From positions 31,333-95,332 of the forward strand of contig JAFRSV010000016.1 of the NCBI GenBank assembly GCA_017427405.1: a stretch of DNA of 64,000 bases, read 5' to 3'. Below are positions 46,499 to 55,796 of the stretch, in pieces. This stretch comes from Alphaproteobacteria bacterium. GTDB taxonomy: Bacteria; Pseudomonadota; Alphaproteobacteria; Rs-D84. The translations under genes were made by a program, and so were the position numbers. How positions within the stretch are numbered: position 1 is the first letter of the stretch; each line of letters opens with the position of its first letter. Under the pieces are notes generated by a model. That model saw only the letters and a program-made list of their open reading frames with translations. It was not told where the DNA came from and searched no databases.

Positions 46499-46528
46499 CA
46501 CACCGCGGACGCGCGGTGTCCAGTTTTT
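46499..46528 (+). terminator. Rho-independent terminator (ACACCGCGGACGCGCGGTGT + CCAGTTTTT) after clpX
   Basis: Read directly. Confidence 0.7.
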
Positions 46529-46544
46529 GCAGATGCAAAAACTT

Positions 46545-46660
46545 GCCCCGCAGGGATTCTGAAACAAGTTCAGAATGACAATTTATTTGATGTCTGCGAC
46601 GCAGGTTTACGGCGTTGCCGTAAACTGGATACCGCCCTTCGGCGGTATGACGGCGTTTTT
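46545..46660. repeat. Cluster of palindromes between clpX and infA, including the family B-like ...GGGATTCTGAAACAAGTTCAGAATGACAA
   Basis: At least three separate perfect or near-perfect hairpins within about 110 bp. Confidence 0.6.
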
Positions 46661-46698
46661 TTGTAATTTGATAGCGTGTGTGTTTGTGGTCACAGAAA

Positions 46699-46950
46699 TT
46701 ACTGATTTTGTTGTTCTGTCGCGGTCGCGCGTTTGCGTTCGACGAAAGTAATGCGACCCTTGGCCAAATCATAAGGCGTCATTTCAACGCGAACGTGTTC
46801 GCCAACATTAACCCAGATGCGCGCCTTGCGCATTTTGCCGCATACAGTTGCCAAAATTTCATGGTCATTTTCAAGCAGCACGCGAAACATTGTGTTTGGT
46901 AATTTTTCGACTACGGTGCCTTCGAAAACGACGACGTCATCTTTTGCCAT
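46699..46950 (-). CDS. infA: Translation initiation factor IF-1 (with a C-terminal extension of about 10 aa)
   Basis: [69 protein letters not shown]. Confidence 0.85.
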   Translation of the reverse strand: MAKDDVVVFEGTVVEKLPNTMFRVLLENDHEILATVCGKMRKARIWVNVGEHVRVEMTPYDLAKGRITFVERKRATATEQQNQ

Positions 46951-47076
46951 ATTTATCCCTTTGATAAAACGGTATCAATTTTATGCCACGGCGTTTAAAA
47001 AATCAAGAATTTTTTATTTGCGAATGGGGCGATGTTCTGATAAAATTATATGTAAGTATTGTAGGAAGGGAAAATC

Positions 47077-49263
47077 ATGAAAGTCAGAATACTATCCGTT
47101 ATTTTGGCGGTTTTGCCGTGTGTTGGTGTTGCCGCAACGCGTGATAATGGTGTGGCCGACACAGGGCGGTTTGGAATTCGTGCGCCGTCGCTTTCCATTG
47201 GGCCGGCGGTAAAATCAAAGAATATAAATGTGGCGGCCAAGCCCGTAACGAATACAGCGAATGTAGTGAATACGGCAAATGAAACGCCGGCGGAAAGTGC
47301 GGTGGACGCGGACCCCGAACCGGTTGCAAGTGAAGCCGCCGAGGCAATAGTTGCCGCGAATGTTGGGGCGGACGAATGTCGTGCGGCGTATCGTGAATGT
47401 ATGGACGATTTTTGCTTGCTGGATGAATCCGAAGGTGGGCGTTGTTCATGTTCCAATAACATAAAGCAATCGAAAAGTTTAATTCAAGAAATTCAGGAAA
47501 TCGAACTTGCCGCAGAAAAACAATTTACCGAAGGTGTTGAACGCGAACGCCTGGGGGCCAAGGCAAAGTTTGTGCGGTTTGGTGAAAGTGAGCAGGCGCA
47601 AAAATCTTCGCGGCGCACCGGAATTGATTTGGTTGCGTGGATAAACGGTGGTTCTTCGGCGGCAAGTTTGGACGCGGACGATGATATTGGCGATAACCTT
47701 TACGATATGGCGGCGGATTCGTGCAGTTTCATTTTGGATATGTGTGAAAAACCACGTGCGGAAATGGAAGAAAAACTTTATCAACGCGAAGTTATCAAAG
47801 ATTGCAAGAATTTTAGCACTTACCTTGCGGAACAAAAACGTGCGGCGGAATCAAATCGGCGGATGGCAGATGCCGCGGTGCGGTCGGCGACACTGGATAT
47901 GCTGTCCACCACGAACAAATACAATCGCGGTGAATGTTTATTGGCATATCGTGCATGCATCGCGGACAAGGGCGGTTGCGGTGTGAATTTTGAAAATTGT
48001 TTGGATGCAAAATTGCTTGAACGCCGCGCAAACGCGTGTGAAAACGTTTTGGACCAATGTATGGCAGTGAAAACATTTGTGTTGGACGATTGGCGGGACG
48101 AAGCGAAAATGTTGCTTGCCGATGCGGCGGCGTATACGGATAAAAATATGCGCCTTACGTGCAATGCGAAAATCCGCGCGTGTTTGGAAGACGGGTGTTC
48201 AATCAATACGGATTCCGGGTGTTTGACCAATGTAAATGTTGCGGCGGGTGTGTGTCCGATTATTGATGAATGCAATGAAAAGATTCCGGGAATTAAACAG
48301 GTGTGGAACGATAAACTTGCGGAATTGCGGACGGATTTTTGCCAAAATGATGTCGATAGATGTTTGCGTGACAAGTGCGGTGAAAATTTCACGGGCCCAC
48401 AATGTGTTGGCAAAAGTTCGGCGGAAATTGTCGAACTGTGCCCAAAGAAAATGTTTAATTCGTGCAAGAATGAAAAGTTTTACGATGTAATTGTAAGTTC
48501 TGTTTTGTTGCAGATGAATTATCAAATGGTGCAGGGTTGTATCAATTACTATGATGATATGTTGGGACGCGTGTGCGGAACAGATATGAATTGTTTGCCG
48601 AAAAGTGATATTGTTTTGACCATGCGGACATTACCAAAGACAGAGCAAGGACTTGCCGAATTGCGCGATAATGTAAAGCAAGAAAGTAAAGCGGCGGTCA
48701 AAAATTTCTTTAAGGAATTTGAAAAAGAAGCGACCGTTGATGCGTGTAAAAGTGCGCAACAACCGGCGGGGCGTAAAAGTTTGAAAGATAGTATTTTCAC
48801 CACGGCAAAAATGATTGCGGAAATGGGTGCGGAAAATCGTTACCTGGCCGATTTGGAATCGCGTGTTGCGGAACTGTCGCAGCAGCAAGATGTGGAAGAA
48901 GCGCGGAACAATTGTTTAACGGTTTATAAGCCTGAAAAGAAAAAGCCGAATACCGATACCGAAAATATGTCGTATTCTTATATAAAGAGTGTTTCGTTTG
49001 AACCGTCGTTGCGTAATTGTCATGTGTGTCGTATGCAACGTGTGTGCGAAACGGGCGGAGAAAGCAAGTCGTCGTCGGCATTAAAGGCGGGTGCGGGTGG
49101 CTTGACGGCGGGTGCATCCATGGGCACAATGGTAAATGCCGGGTGGGGAACGCTTATTGGTGCGGTCGTTGGTGGGGCGGCCGGTGCGGTTGGCGGTGCA
49201 TTATCCGGTGGTGAACAGACATTCTGTCAGGAAATCGAATCTTGCGAAGATATAAATATGTAG
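47077..49263 (+). CDS. Cysteine-rich secreted protein (728 aa), paralog family. C-terminal glycine-zipper and ...CEDINM* tail.
   Basis: Signal peptide MKVRILSVILAVLPCVGVAA. More than 45 Cys. Shares blocks (AAYRECMDDFC..., CENVLDQCMAVK..., C-terminal CEDI[NQ]M) with 49271-51823. Confidence 0.55.
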   Translation: MKVRILSVILAVLPCVGVAATRDNGVADTGRFGIRAPSLSIGPAVKSKNINVAAKPVTNTANVVNTANETPAESAVDADPEPVASEAAEAIVAANVGADECRAAYRECMDDFCLLDESEGGRCSCSNNIKQSKSLIQEIQEIELAAEKQFTEGVERERLGAKAKFVRFGESEQAQKSSRRTGIDLVAWINGGSSAASLDADDDIGDNLYDMAADSCSFILDMCEKPRAEMEEKLYQREVIKDCKNFSTYLAEQKRAAESNRRMADAAVRSATLDMLSTTNKYNRGECLLAYRACIADKGGCGVNFENCLDAKLLERRANACENVLDQCMAVKTFVLDDWRDEAKMLLADAAAYTDKNMRLTCNAKIRACLEDGCSINTDSGCLTNVNVAAGVCPIIDECNEKIPGIKQVWNDKLAELRTDFCQNDVDRCLRDKCGENFTGPQCVGKSSAEIVELCPKKMFNSCKNEKFYDVIVSSVLLQMNYQMVQGCINYYDDMLGRVCGTDMNCLPKSDIVLTMRTLPKTEQGLAELRDNVKQESKAAVKNFFKEFEKEATVDACKSAQQPAGRKSLKDSIFTTAKMIAEMGAENRYLADLESRVAELSQQQDVEEARNNCLTVYKPEKKKPNTDTENMSYSYIKSVSFEPSLRNCHVCRMQRVCETGGESKSSSALKAGAGGLTAGASMGTMVNAGWGTLIGAVVGGAAGAVGGALSGGEQTFCQEIESCEDINM

Positions 49264-49270
49264 GAAACAC

Positions 49271-51823
49271 ATGAAAAAATTTACCGTTCTATCATTGTTG
49301 TTTATTGTGCCGATTGTTGCGGTGGCGGCGACGGCGAAAAAACAATCGGCAATTCAAAACGGGACAAATGTTCGTGCGCGTGTCGCGGCGACCGGTGTTT
49401 ATTCGCAAGAATGCTATGACGAATACTATGGTTGCATGGATCAATTTTGCATATCCGAAAACATAAATGGTGGCAGTTGTTTATGCAGTAACAATAATGA
49501 AAAATACGAATCCGAATTAGAAGAAATAAACGAAATCTTGGCCGAAGCCGACCGGATAAAAACCGTAGAGGTTGAAAGAATAAAACTGGGGGCGGATGCG
49601 GATATTGTCTTTACCGGCGAACGCAAATATGATGCAAATGGAAATGTGATACAATATTCGTCTGTGCAGAAAAAAGACGCCGCACAGAAGGTAAATAAAA
49701 AACAGGAAGCATTAAAACTGTTTGAAGTCAATTTGTTCGAAGATGACGAAGACGATGATGATGTGATGCATAAAACCGGTGCCGCGCTGTTTGCCGCCGC
49801 CGATGAAACGTGTCGCGCGCAGTTGGGAAATTCGTGTGCCAAAGATATAAAATTATTAAAACAAATTTATCAACGGCAAATTGAATCTGACTGTCGTGGG
49901 TTTGCAAATGCAATTGCGCAACAGCGTACGGCGGCGGTCGCCGCGATGAATTCGGCGGAATCTGATGTGCGCAATGCGTTAAAAGAAAGTTTTGATTCCG
50001 CCAATAAATTTAACCAGGGCGAATGCATGGTTGAACTTAAAAAATGTATGTTGGGTGCGGATGCGTGCGGTGATGATTGGGCGAATTGTGTTTCGATAAT
50101 TGCAAATGAAAATATGCAAAATAAATCCGCGACCAGTACCGCAAACACAAAGGTTAAAACCACGATTAAATATAATATAACACCGTCGGTGTTGGAACGG
50201 CTTGAATCAAAACGCGCAATTTGCGAACGTGTGCTGGATCAATGTATGGCGGTGCGCGATAATGTTTGGACGGCGTTTTTACGTGAGGTTGCGCCGAACC
50301 TTAAACTTGCGGAATTGCGTGCGGAATCAAATATGCGGCAATCGTGTTTGTCGGAAATTACGAACTGTATTCATACCGCGTGCCGTGATGATATTGCGGG
50401 CAAAGGGACGGCGACAATGGATTCGTGTTTGTCGCGGCCCGATATGGCGCGGTCGTTTTGCAAGGTGCAAATTGACCCGTGTGAACGGATGGAACCTTTG
50501 ATTTGGGGATATGTTGTTGATAAACTTGCCGCGATGCGCGTTGATGCATGTACGGCGGAAGTTAAAGATTGCATTTATTCGCCCGACCGGTGTGGCCCCG
50601 ATTTTATGAACTGTATCGGTATGGATTGGGAATTTGTGCATGGACTTTGTCCACTTGATAAATTGGTTGTGTGCAAAAAGAATAACCCAAATTTCAAAAT
50701 GGAAGATATCGATTCAATGATAATGGGGCTTTACCTGAATATGGATAACAAGTCATTGGATAACTGTCAAAAATTGGTCGAAGATAAAATGATGGAAATT
50801 TGTGGTTCCACAACCGATTGCAATCGATTCACAACCGACGAAACGATTGGAACCGGGTCGTTGCGTGGCGGTAACAAAGATGGTAATATCTATCGTATTA
50901 CTGGGATGATTTCGTTTGGTGCGATAAAGGTTGGAAATGGTGCAACAACGGACGATGGTAAAAAACTTGATTGGGGTAAAATTGGTGTTGCGGATTACAT
51001 GACGAATGCCGGGACAGCAAATGGAAATGTTCCCAATAAAGAAGAAATTTTGGAAACAATAAAAATGGAATTGACCGATATTTCTGAAAATGTGAATCGT
51101 GTGATTGATATGATTGCGTCTGATCCAAAGATTCAGTTTTGCACCGAAGGACGCAGTTTAGATCAGATAACGGGTGAAGCAAAAACTACGGTCAAAAGGT
51201 TTCCGAATTTGCTGAACCAGGTAAAAATGCAGATTGCACTTGCTGCTTTGCGCCAGGCGCAGACGAATTATCAGGCAAAGTATAATGAATACTTGACCAA
51301 GGCGACCAAAGATGCATCGGCGGATATTGCACAGTATATGTGTCAAATGTTGCCGATGACGGGTGGGGCACCGGTTGGTGGAACGGCAACGGAAAATGTG
51401 TCACTTGCGCCGCCGTACGCGATAAGTTATGAAGTTGCCGCGGGGTTGAATAATGCTTTGCTGACCCAGGGCGGACGTGATTCGTCGGCAACAACGGGGA
51501 CGGTTAAGGGTGGAAATTCGAATAGCCCGAAACAAAACGCATTTGTTGCAACAACTGGTGCAATTTTGTCGGGTGGTGTATCGTTAGGGGTTGATGCTTT
51601 GTCGGGTGTTGGTGGAAAGTCTTCGTATGAAATTCCGGGGGGAACGCGTGAAATGTGGGCGACATTTAATCGTGATACGCGCACGTGTCGGCTTTGTTCT
51701 TCGACCGTGACACGTGATTGTGTTCATACGTATAAACGTGGATTTTTGGGTATAGGGCATAAGGATGAAACAAATTGCACTGAATCTGAACCGATTGAAA
51801 AGTGCGAAGATATTCAAATGTAA
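49271..51823 (+). CDS. Cysteine-rich secreted protein (850 aa), tandem paralog of 47077-49263, ending ...CEDIQM*
   Basis: Signal peptide MKKFTVLSLLFIVPIVAVAA. YYGCMDQFC..., CERVLDQCMAVR.... Begins 8 nt after the previous stop. Confidence 0.55.
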   Translation: MKKFTVLSLLFIVPIVAVAATAKKQSAIQNGTNVRARVAATGVYSQECYDEYYGCMDQFCISENINGGSCLCSNNNEKYESELEEINEILAEADRIKTVEVERIKLGADADIVFTGERKYDANGNVIQYSSVQKKDAAQKVNKKQEALKLFEVNLFEDDEDDDDVMHKTGAALFAAADETCRAQLGNSCAKDIKLLKQIYQRQIESDCRGFANAIAQQRTAAVAAMNSAESDVRNALKESFDSANKFNQGECMVELKKCMLGADACGDDWANCVSIIANENMQNKSATSTANTKVKTTIKYNITPSVLERLESKRAICERVLDQCMAVRDNVWTAFLREVAPNLKLAELRAESNMRQSCLSEITNCIHTACRDDIAGKGTATMDSCLSRPDMARSFCKVQIDPCERMEPLIWGYVVDKLAAMRVDACTAEVKDCIYSPDRCGPDFMNCIGMDWEFVHGLCPLDKLVVCKKNNPNFKMEDIDSMIMGLYLNMDNKSLDNCQKLVEDKMMEICGSTTDCNRFTTDETIGTGSLRGGNKDGNIYRITGMISFGAIKVGNGATTDDGKKLDWGKIGVADYMTNAGTANGNVPNKEEILETIKMELTDISENVNRVIDMIASDPKIQFCTEGRSLDQITGEAKTTVKRFPNLLNQVKMQIALAALRQAQTNYQAKYNEYLTKATKDASADIAQYMCQMLPMTGGAPVGGTATENVSLAPPYAISYEVAAGLNNALLTQGGRDSSATTGTVKGGNSNSPKQNAFVATTGAILSGGVSLGVDALSGVGGKSSYEIPGGTREMWATFNRDTRTCRLCSSTVTRDCVHTYKRGFLGIGHKDETNCTESEPIEKCEDIQM

Positions 51824-51837
51824 AAAAAGGAAAAAAT

Positions 51838-52746
51838 ATGGAACCGGTGGAAAATGTAGAAGTTATTGATGGTGTTTTTGGTAATGCGGTTGGTGCGATA
51901 CAAGCCGTGCCGGAAAAGGTCCAGGCCAGTGCCGAAGAATTGAAAAGTCTGATTTCATCGCTGACCGGGATGGCGGTGGATTTTGGGTTGAAGTTGTTGG
52001 CGGCGTTGCTGGTTTTAATGGGTGGTATGTGGATTGCAAAACGTATCGCGCGCGGTTTCAAACGGATGCTGGAACGGCGCAATGCGGACCCATCGTTGGT
52101 GTCGTTTTTGGGTTCGTTTATGAATATACTTTTGCGTATATTTGTAATCATTATATCGCTTGCAACCGTCGGGGTTCAAATGACATCTATTGTTGCGGTT
52201 TTGGGTGCCGCGTCATTGGCGATTGGTATGGCATTATCCGGGACAATGCAGAATTTTGCCGGCGGAATTATTATTATGTTCCTTAAACCGTTCAAGGTTG
52301 GGGATATTATTTCAACATCCGATGGCAAAACCGGCACGGTTAAAAAGATTATGATTTTCACAACCGAAATTCATACATTTGATAACCAGGTTGTATTATT
52401 ACCCAACGGTGCGTTATCCAATAGTCAGATAACAAACCTTTCGGGTAATGAAACGCGGCGCGCGGAAATCACGGTCGCGATTTCATACGGCGACAGTGTC
52501 GATGTGGCACGCAAAGAAATTTTGGCGATAATCAAGGCGGACAAACGTGTTTTGAAAGACCCCGCGCCGGTTGTGTTTGTTTCTGATTTGGGCGATAGTG
52601 CGGTAATTTTGACGGTTCGTTATTGGACGTCCGCCGCCGATATGGTCCCAAGTCGTGGTGATATGTTGGAATTGATTTATAACAAATTGCCGAAAAAGAA
52701 AATACACTTCCCGTTCCCGCAAATGGATGTGCATGTGAAGAAGTGA
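51838..52746 (+). CDS. mscS: Small-conductance mechanosensitive channel (MscS family)
   Basis: 3 TM followed by ...PFKVGDIISTSDGKTGTVKKIMIFTTEIHTFDNQVVLLPNGALSNSQITNLS. Confidence 0.75.
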   Translation: MEPVENVEVIDGVFGNAVGAIQAVPEKVQASAEELKSLISSLTGMAVDFGLKLLAALLVLMGGMWIAKRIARGFKRMLERRNADPSLVSFLGSFMNILLRIFVIIISLATVGVQMTSIVAVLGAASLAIGMALSGTMQNFAGGIIIMFLKPFKVGDIISTSDGKTGTVKKIMIFTTEIHTFDNQVVLLPNGALSNSQITNLSGNETRRAEITVAISYGDSVDVARKEILAIIKADKRVLKDPAPVVFVSDLGDSAVILTVRYWTSAADMVPSRGDMLELIYNKLPKKKIHFPFPQMDVHVKK

Positions 52747-52810
52747 TCAGTGTTAGTGGGTAGTGTAAGTGTTAGTGAAACCGGTTGCAATCGCAACCGG
52801 TTTGAATTTC
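52747..52810. terminator. Family A repeat (GTGTTAGTGGGTAGTGTAAGTGTTAGTG) + hairpin terminator AAACCGGTTGCAATCGCAACCGGTTT. Inverted repeat partner at 52978-53010.
   Basis: Read directly. The bracket encloses the terminator and tRNA-Arg. Confidence 0.65.
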
Positions 52811-52844
52811 TTACTAATCGCGGCTTTACGCCAGTAAAGACGGA

Positions 52845-52921
52845 TGGCGTGCCCAGCAGGACTCGAACCTGCAACCTATTGCTTAGAAGGCAATTGCTCT
52901 ATCCAATTGAGCCATGGGCAC
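52845..52921 (-). tRNA. tRNA-Arg (anticodon UCU)
   Basis: Minus strand: acceptor GTGCCCA/TGGGCAC + G + CCA. T-arm is GGTTCGAGTCC. Anticodon loop is CTTCTAA. Confidence 0.8.
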
Positions 52922-53082
52922 ACGACATGGAACATTATAACCCTTTTTTTCCAAAAAACAAGGACGCAATTCTGCTTGCCACTAACCACTTACATTAACA
53001 CTATCCACTTATCTGTTTTTCTTCCTATATCCCCGGGGGTGTGAATGTGGTAAAATCAAATCAACCAAACAAGGGGGAAAAT

Positions 53083-53556
53083 ATGAAACGTTTTATTCAA
53101 TTTTGTGTTGCGATGGTAATTTCTTTTTTGCCGGGGATTTTCGGTGTGTTCTTTACGCCGCACGGTGATTCAGATTTATGGTATACGGGGCTTGTGACAT
53201 CGGGGCTTACACCGGGTGGAATATGGTTCGGTATTGCATGGACGATTTTGTATGCGTTGCTTGGGGTCGCGTTGTATTTAATTATTAAAAACGCGCGCCC
53301 AGAGTCCAAGAAAATACGCGCATATATTTTGTTCGTTGTGCAAATGATTTTGAATGCAGGTTGGACATATGCGTTCTTTGGTGCGCACATGACGGCGTTC
53401 GCATTGATAATATTGTTGGCATTGTTTATTGTGTCGGCATGGATGGCGCGCGTATTCTTTGATATAGACAGACGCACGGTATGGTTTATTGTGCCGTATC
53501 TGTTGTGGATGATGTTTGCGTTTTATATGAATGCGTATATTGTGTTGATGAATTAA
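53083..53556 (+). CDS. tspO: TspO/MBR family tryptophan-rich sensory protein
   Basis: 5 TM, Trp-rich (...GGIWFGIAWTILYALLG...NAGWTYAFFG...). RBS AAGGGGGAA. Confidence 0.75.
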   Translation: MKRFIQFCVAMVISFLPGIFGVFFTPHGDSDLWYTGLVTSGLTPGGIWFGIAWTILYALLGVALYLIIKNARPESKKIRAYILFVVQMILNAGWTYAFFGAHMTAFALIILLALFIVSAWMARVFFDIDRRTVWFIVPYLLWMMFAFYMNAYIVLMN

Positions 53557-53888
53557 ATCTTAAGGATTTTAAATTCCGCATCGCCAACATTAAGGTAGTG
53601 CAGCCCCAGTTCTTCAACGTAATCGGGGCTGTAACTTTTTAATAAATCGATATGGTGGCGGATGGTGTAAAGTTTCTTTTGTTCCGTTGCCAATTCCGTG
53701 CGTTCCGCGTTCAGATGCCATATGTTCGTGACAAAATGGGCAACATTTACTTCGCCGAAAAAGATTCGGACGAACGCAAACAGTGCGAACGCCGCAAAGA
53801 ATACGCCGAATTTGCCACGGATACCGCCACGCCATGCGCGACCGATAAACCCAAATAAATTTTTGATTTTGTCTTTCATACGTGGCAT
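53553..53888 (-). CDS. ftsB: Septum formation initiator (FtsB/DivIC-like)
   Basis: N-terminal TM, then coiled coil ...LNAERTELATEQKKLYTIRHHIDLLKS.... Confidence 0.6.
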   Translation of the reverse strand: MPRMKDKIKNLFGFIGRAWRGGIRGKFGVFFAAFALFAFVRIFFGEVNVAHFVTNIWHLNAERTELATEQKKLYTIRHHIDLLKSYSPDYVEELGLHYLNVGDAEFKILKI

Positions 53889-53898
53889 TATATCACAA

Positions 53899-54822
53899 AT
53901 GATTACTAATAATCAAATTTTTGCTGCACCGATGGCGGGAATTTCTGATTACCCGTTTCGGCGAATGATACGCGAATTTGCGCCGGGCGTGCCCGTTGTG
54001 ACGGAAATGATTTCGTGTCATTCGTTGGTGGAACAACATAAAAATTGTCTGCGGAATTTTGATAAATATGGTGTCGAAGGTAATGTCGGAACCCAAATTT
54101 TTGGTGCCGTACCGGATTTGATGGCGGATGCCGCGCGAATTTTAGAAGATGCGGGCGCGACATGGATTGATATAAATATGGGTTGCCCCGTGCCAAAGGT
54201 CGCAACACGTGCGAATGCGGGGGCCTTTTTAATGCGCGACCACGGGTTGGCGGGGCGGATTATTGCGGCGGTGGTGCGTGCGGTTAAAATTCCGGTGTCG
54301 GTTAAGACGCGACTTGGGTGGGATAACGAAAATATGGATTGGGTCGATTTGGTGCATGTGGCGGCGGACGCGGGCGTGAAGTTTTTGACACTGCATGGCC
54401 GGACACGGGCCCAGGGTTATACTGGCGTGGCGTTGCACCCGAAAATTAAAGATATGCCGATTCCGATTATTGCAAATGGTGACATTGTGGATGCGGCGGG
54501 TGTGCAAAATGCGATTGATAACGGGTATGCCGGCGCGATGATAGGGCGTGCGATGATGGGACGACCATGGATTTTTGGTGAAATTTTGGGAACAGGGCGA
54601 AAACCTAAAAATATCGGGGAATTGGTGATGCGGCACCTTGATTTAGTATTGGAATACTATGGTGCGCGCGCCGGGGTACCGATGTTTAGAAAACACATTG
54701 CGTGGTATTCGGCCGGTATGCCGAATTCAAGTGATTTTCGGGTTAAAATCAATCAGATAACCGATGAAACGGAATTGAAACAAGAAATTTTGCAATTTTG
54801 GGGTTGCGTTGCGAAAAGATAG
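53899..54822 (+). CDS. dusB: tRNA-dihydrouridine synthase (DusB-like)
   Basis: ...IFAAPMAGISDYPFRRMIREFAPG...DINMGCP.PKV... conserved Dus motifs. Start at MITNNQ. Confidence 0.8.
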   Translation: MITNNQIFAAPMAGISDYPFRRMIREFAPGVPVVTEMISCHSLVEQHKNCLRNFDKYGVEGNVGTQIFGAVPDLMADAARILEDAGATWIDINMGCPVPKVATRANAGAFLMRDHGLAGRIIAAVVRAVKIPVSVKTRLGWDNENMDWVDLVHVAADAGVKFLTLHGRTRAQGYTGVALHPKIKDMPIPIIANGDIVDAAGVQNAIDNGYAGAMIGRAMMGRPWIFGEILGTGRKPKNIGELVMRHLDLVLEYYGARAGVPMFRKHIAWYSAGMPNSSDFRVKINQITDETELKQEILQFWGCVAKR

Positions 54823-54862
54823 GTATATTATAAAGGGTAGTGATAACAAAAAGGTTTGCGCC

Positions 54863-55738
54863 ATGGCAGAAGAATTTACAGATTTACAAATGAACCCAGA
54901 AATGACGGCGGGTGAAATGCTGCGGACGGCACGGACAACCGGGCGACGCAAACGTGAAATTCAAACGATTGCAAAGCAACTTTGTATACGTGAAGAATTT
55001 TTGCAGGCATTGGAAGATGGGGATTATACCGTATTGCCGGAAACCGTGTATATATTGGGGTTTGCACGGAATTACGCTATGGAATTGGGGTTGGCCCCCG
55101 ATTTGATTGTGGCCAAGATTAAAAAGGAATTGGGAATAATGAAATTGGCCGAAGCGATGGTTGCGCAAAAGACGGAACAGCCAAAGACCGTAATCACGGA
55201 AAAGCCCGAGAAAATTGAAAAGAAAAGTGTCGTTGGCGAAAGAAAATCTAAGACTTTGGCATATGTGAAGAAACATTGGATGTGGTTTGCCGGTGGTTTG
55301 GTGGCATTGATTGTGATATTTGGTGCCTTGGTTTTGATTTTGCCGACCGCCGAAGAATCAACGCCGGTTCGCCAAATTGTTCAGGTTTCTGCGCCCCAGC
55401 AAGTGATTGCGACGGAACCAAAATATACATTAGATGTGCGTGAAAAATTTGGAACAGAAAATGCGGACAGTGCGGATATCGTAATTCAGGCGGTCAAAGA
55501 ATCTTGGGTAAAGATTGAAGATGCGCGTGGCAAAACGGTATTTAGTCGCGTGTTGGTTCCGGGCGATATTTACTATGTGCCGACAGGGAACAAGCACAAG
55601 GGAACATTTGGCAATGCCGGCGCGATAGAGGTTTGGATAAACGATGAATTGGTTGGTAAAATTGGTGACGATAATGTCCGTAAAACCGGTGTCGCGTTGG
55701 ATGCGGAAAAATTGGCCAAGAAAAAATCGGCTAATTAA
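54863..55738 (+). CDS. rodZ: RodZ-like cytoskeleton protein (HTH + TM + DUF4115-like C-terminus)
   Basis: ...AGEMLRTARTTGRRKREIQTIAKQLCIREEFLQALEDGDY... HTH, then a single TM. Confidence 0.6.
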   Translation: MAEEFTDLQMNPEMTAGEMLRTARTTGRRKREIQTIAKQLCIREEFLQALEDGDYTVLPETVYILGFARNYAMELGLAPDLIVAKIKKELGIMKLAEAMVAQKTEQPKTVITEKPEKIEKKSVVGERKSKTLAYVKKHWMWFAGGLVALIVIFGALVLILPTAEESTPVRQIVQVSAPQQVIATEPKYTLDVREKFGTENADSADIVIQAVKESWVKIEDARGKTVFSRVLVPGDIYYVPTGNKHKGTFGNAGAIEVWINDELVGKIGDDNVRKTGVALDAEKLAKKKSAN

Positions 55739-55796
55739 TTTTTTTGTTCGCTTTGGTTATTGAAAATAAATAAAAAAGTTCTATATATAGTTCACT

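Noticed and set aside
46699-46950. IF-1 with a C-terminal extension of about 10 aa ([11 protein letters not shown]) as a possible fusion or frameshift
   Set aside because: The extension is short, in frame and ends at a normal stop. Most likely a lineage-specific tail.
52750-53044. ORFs 52750-52998 and 52844-53044 on the plus strand
   Set aside because: They overlap tRNA-Arg on the opposite strand and the family A repeats.
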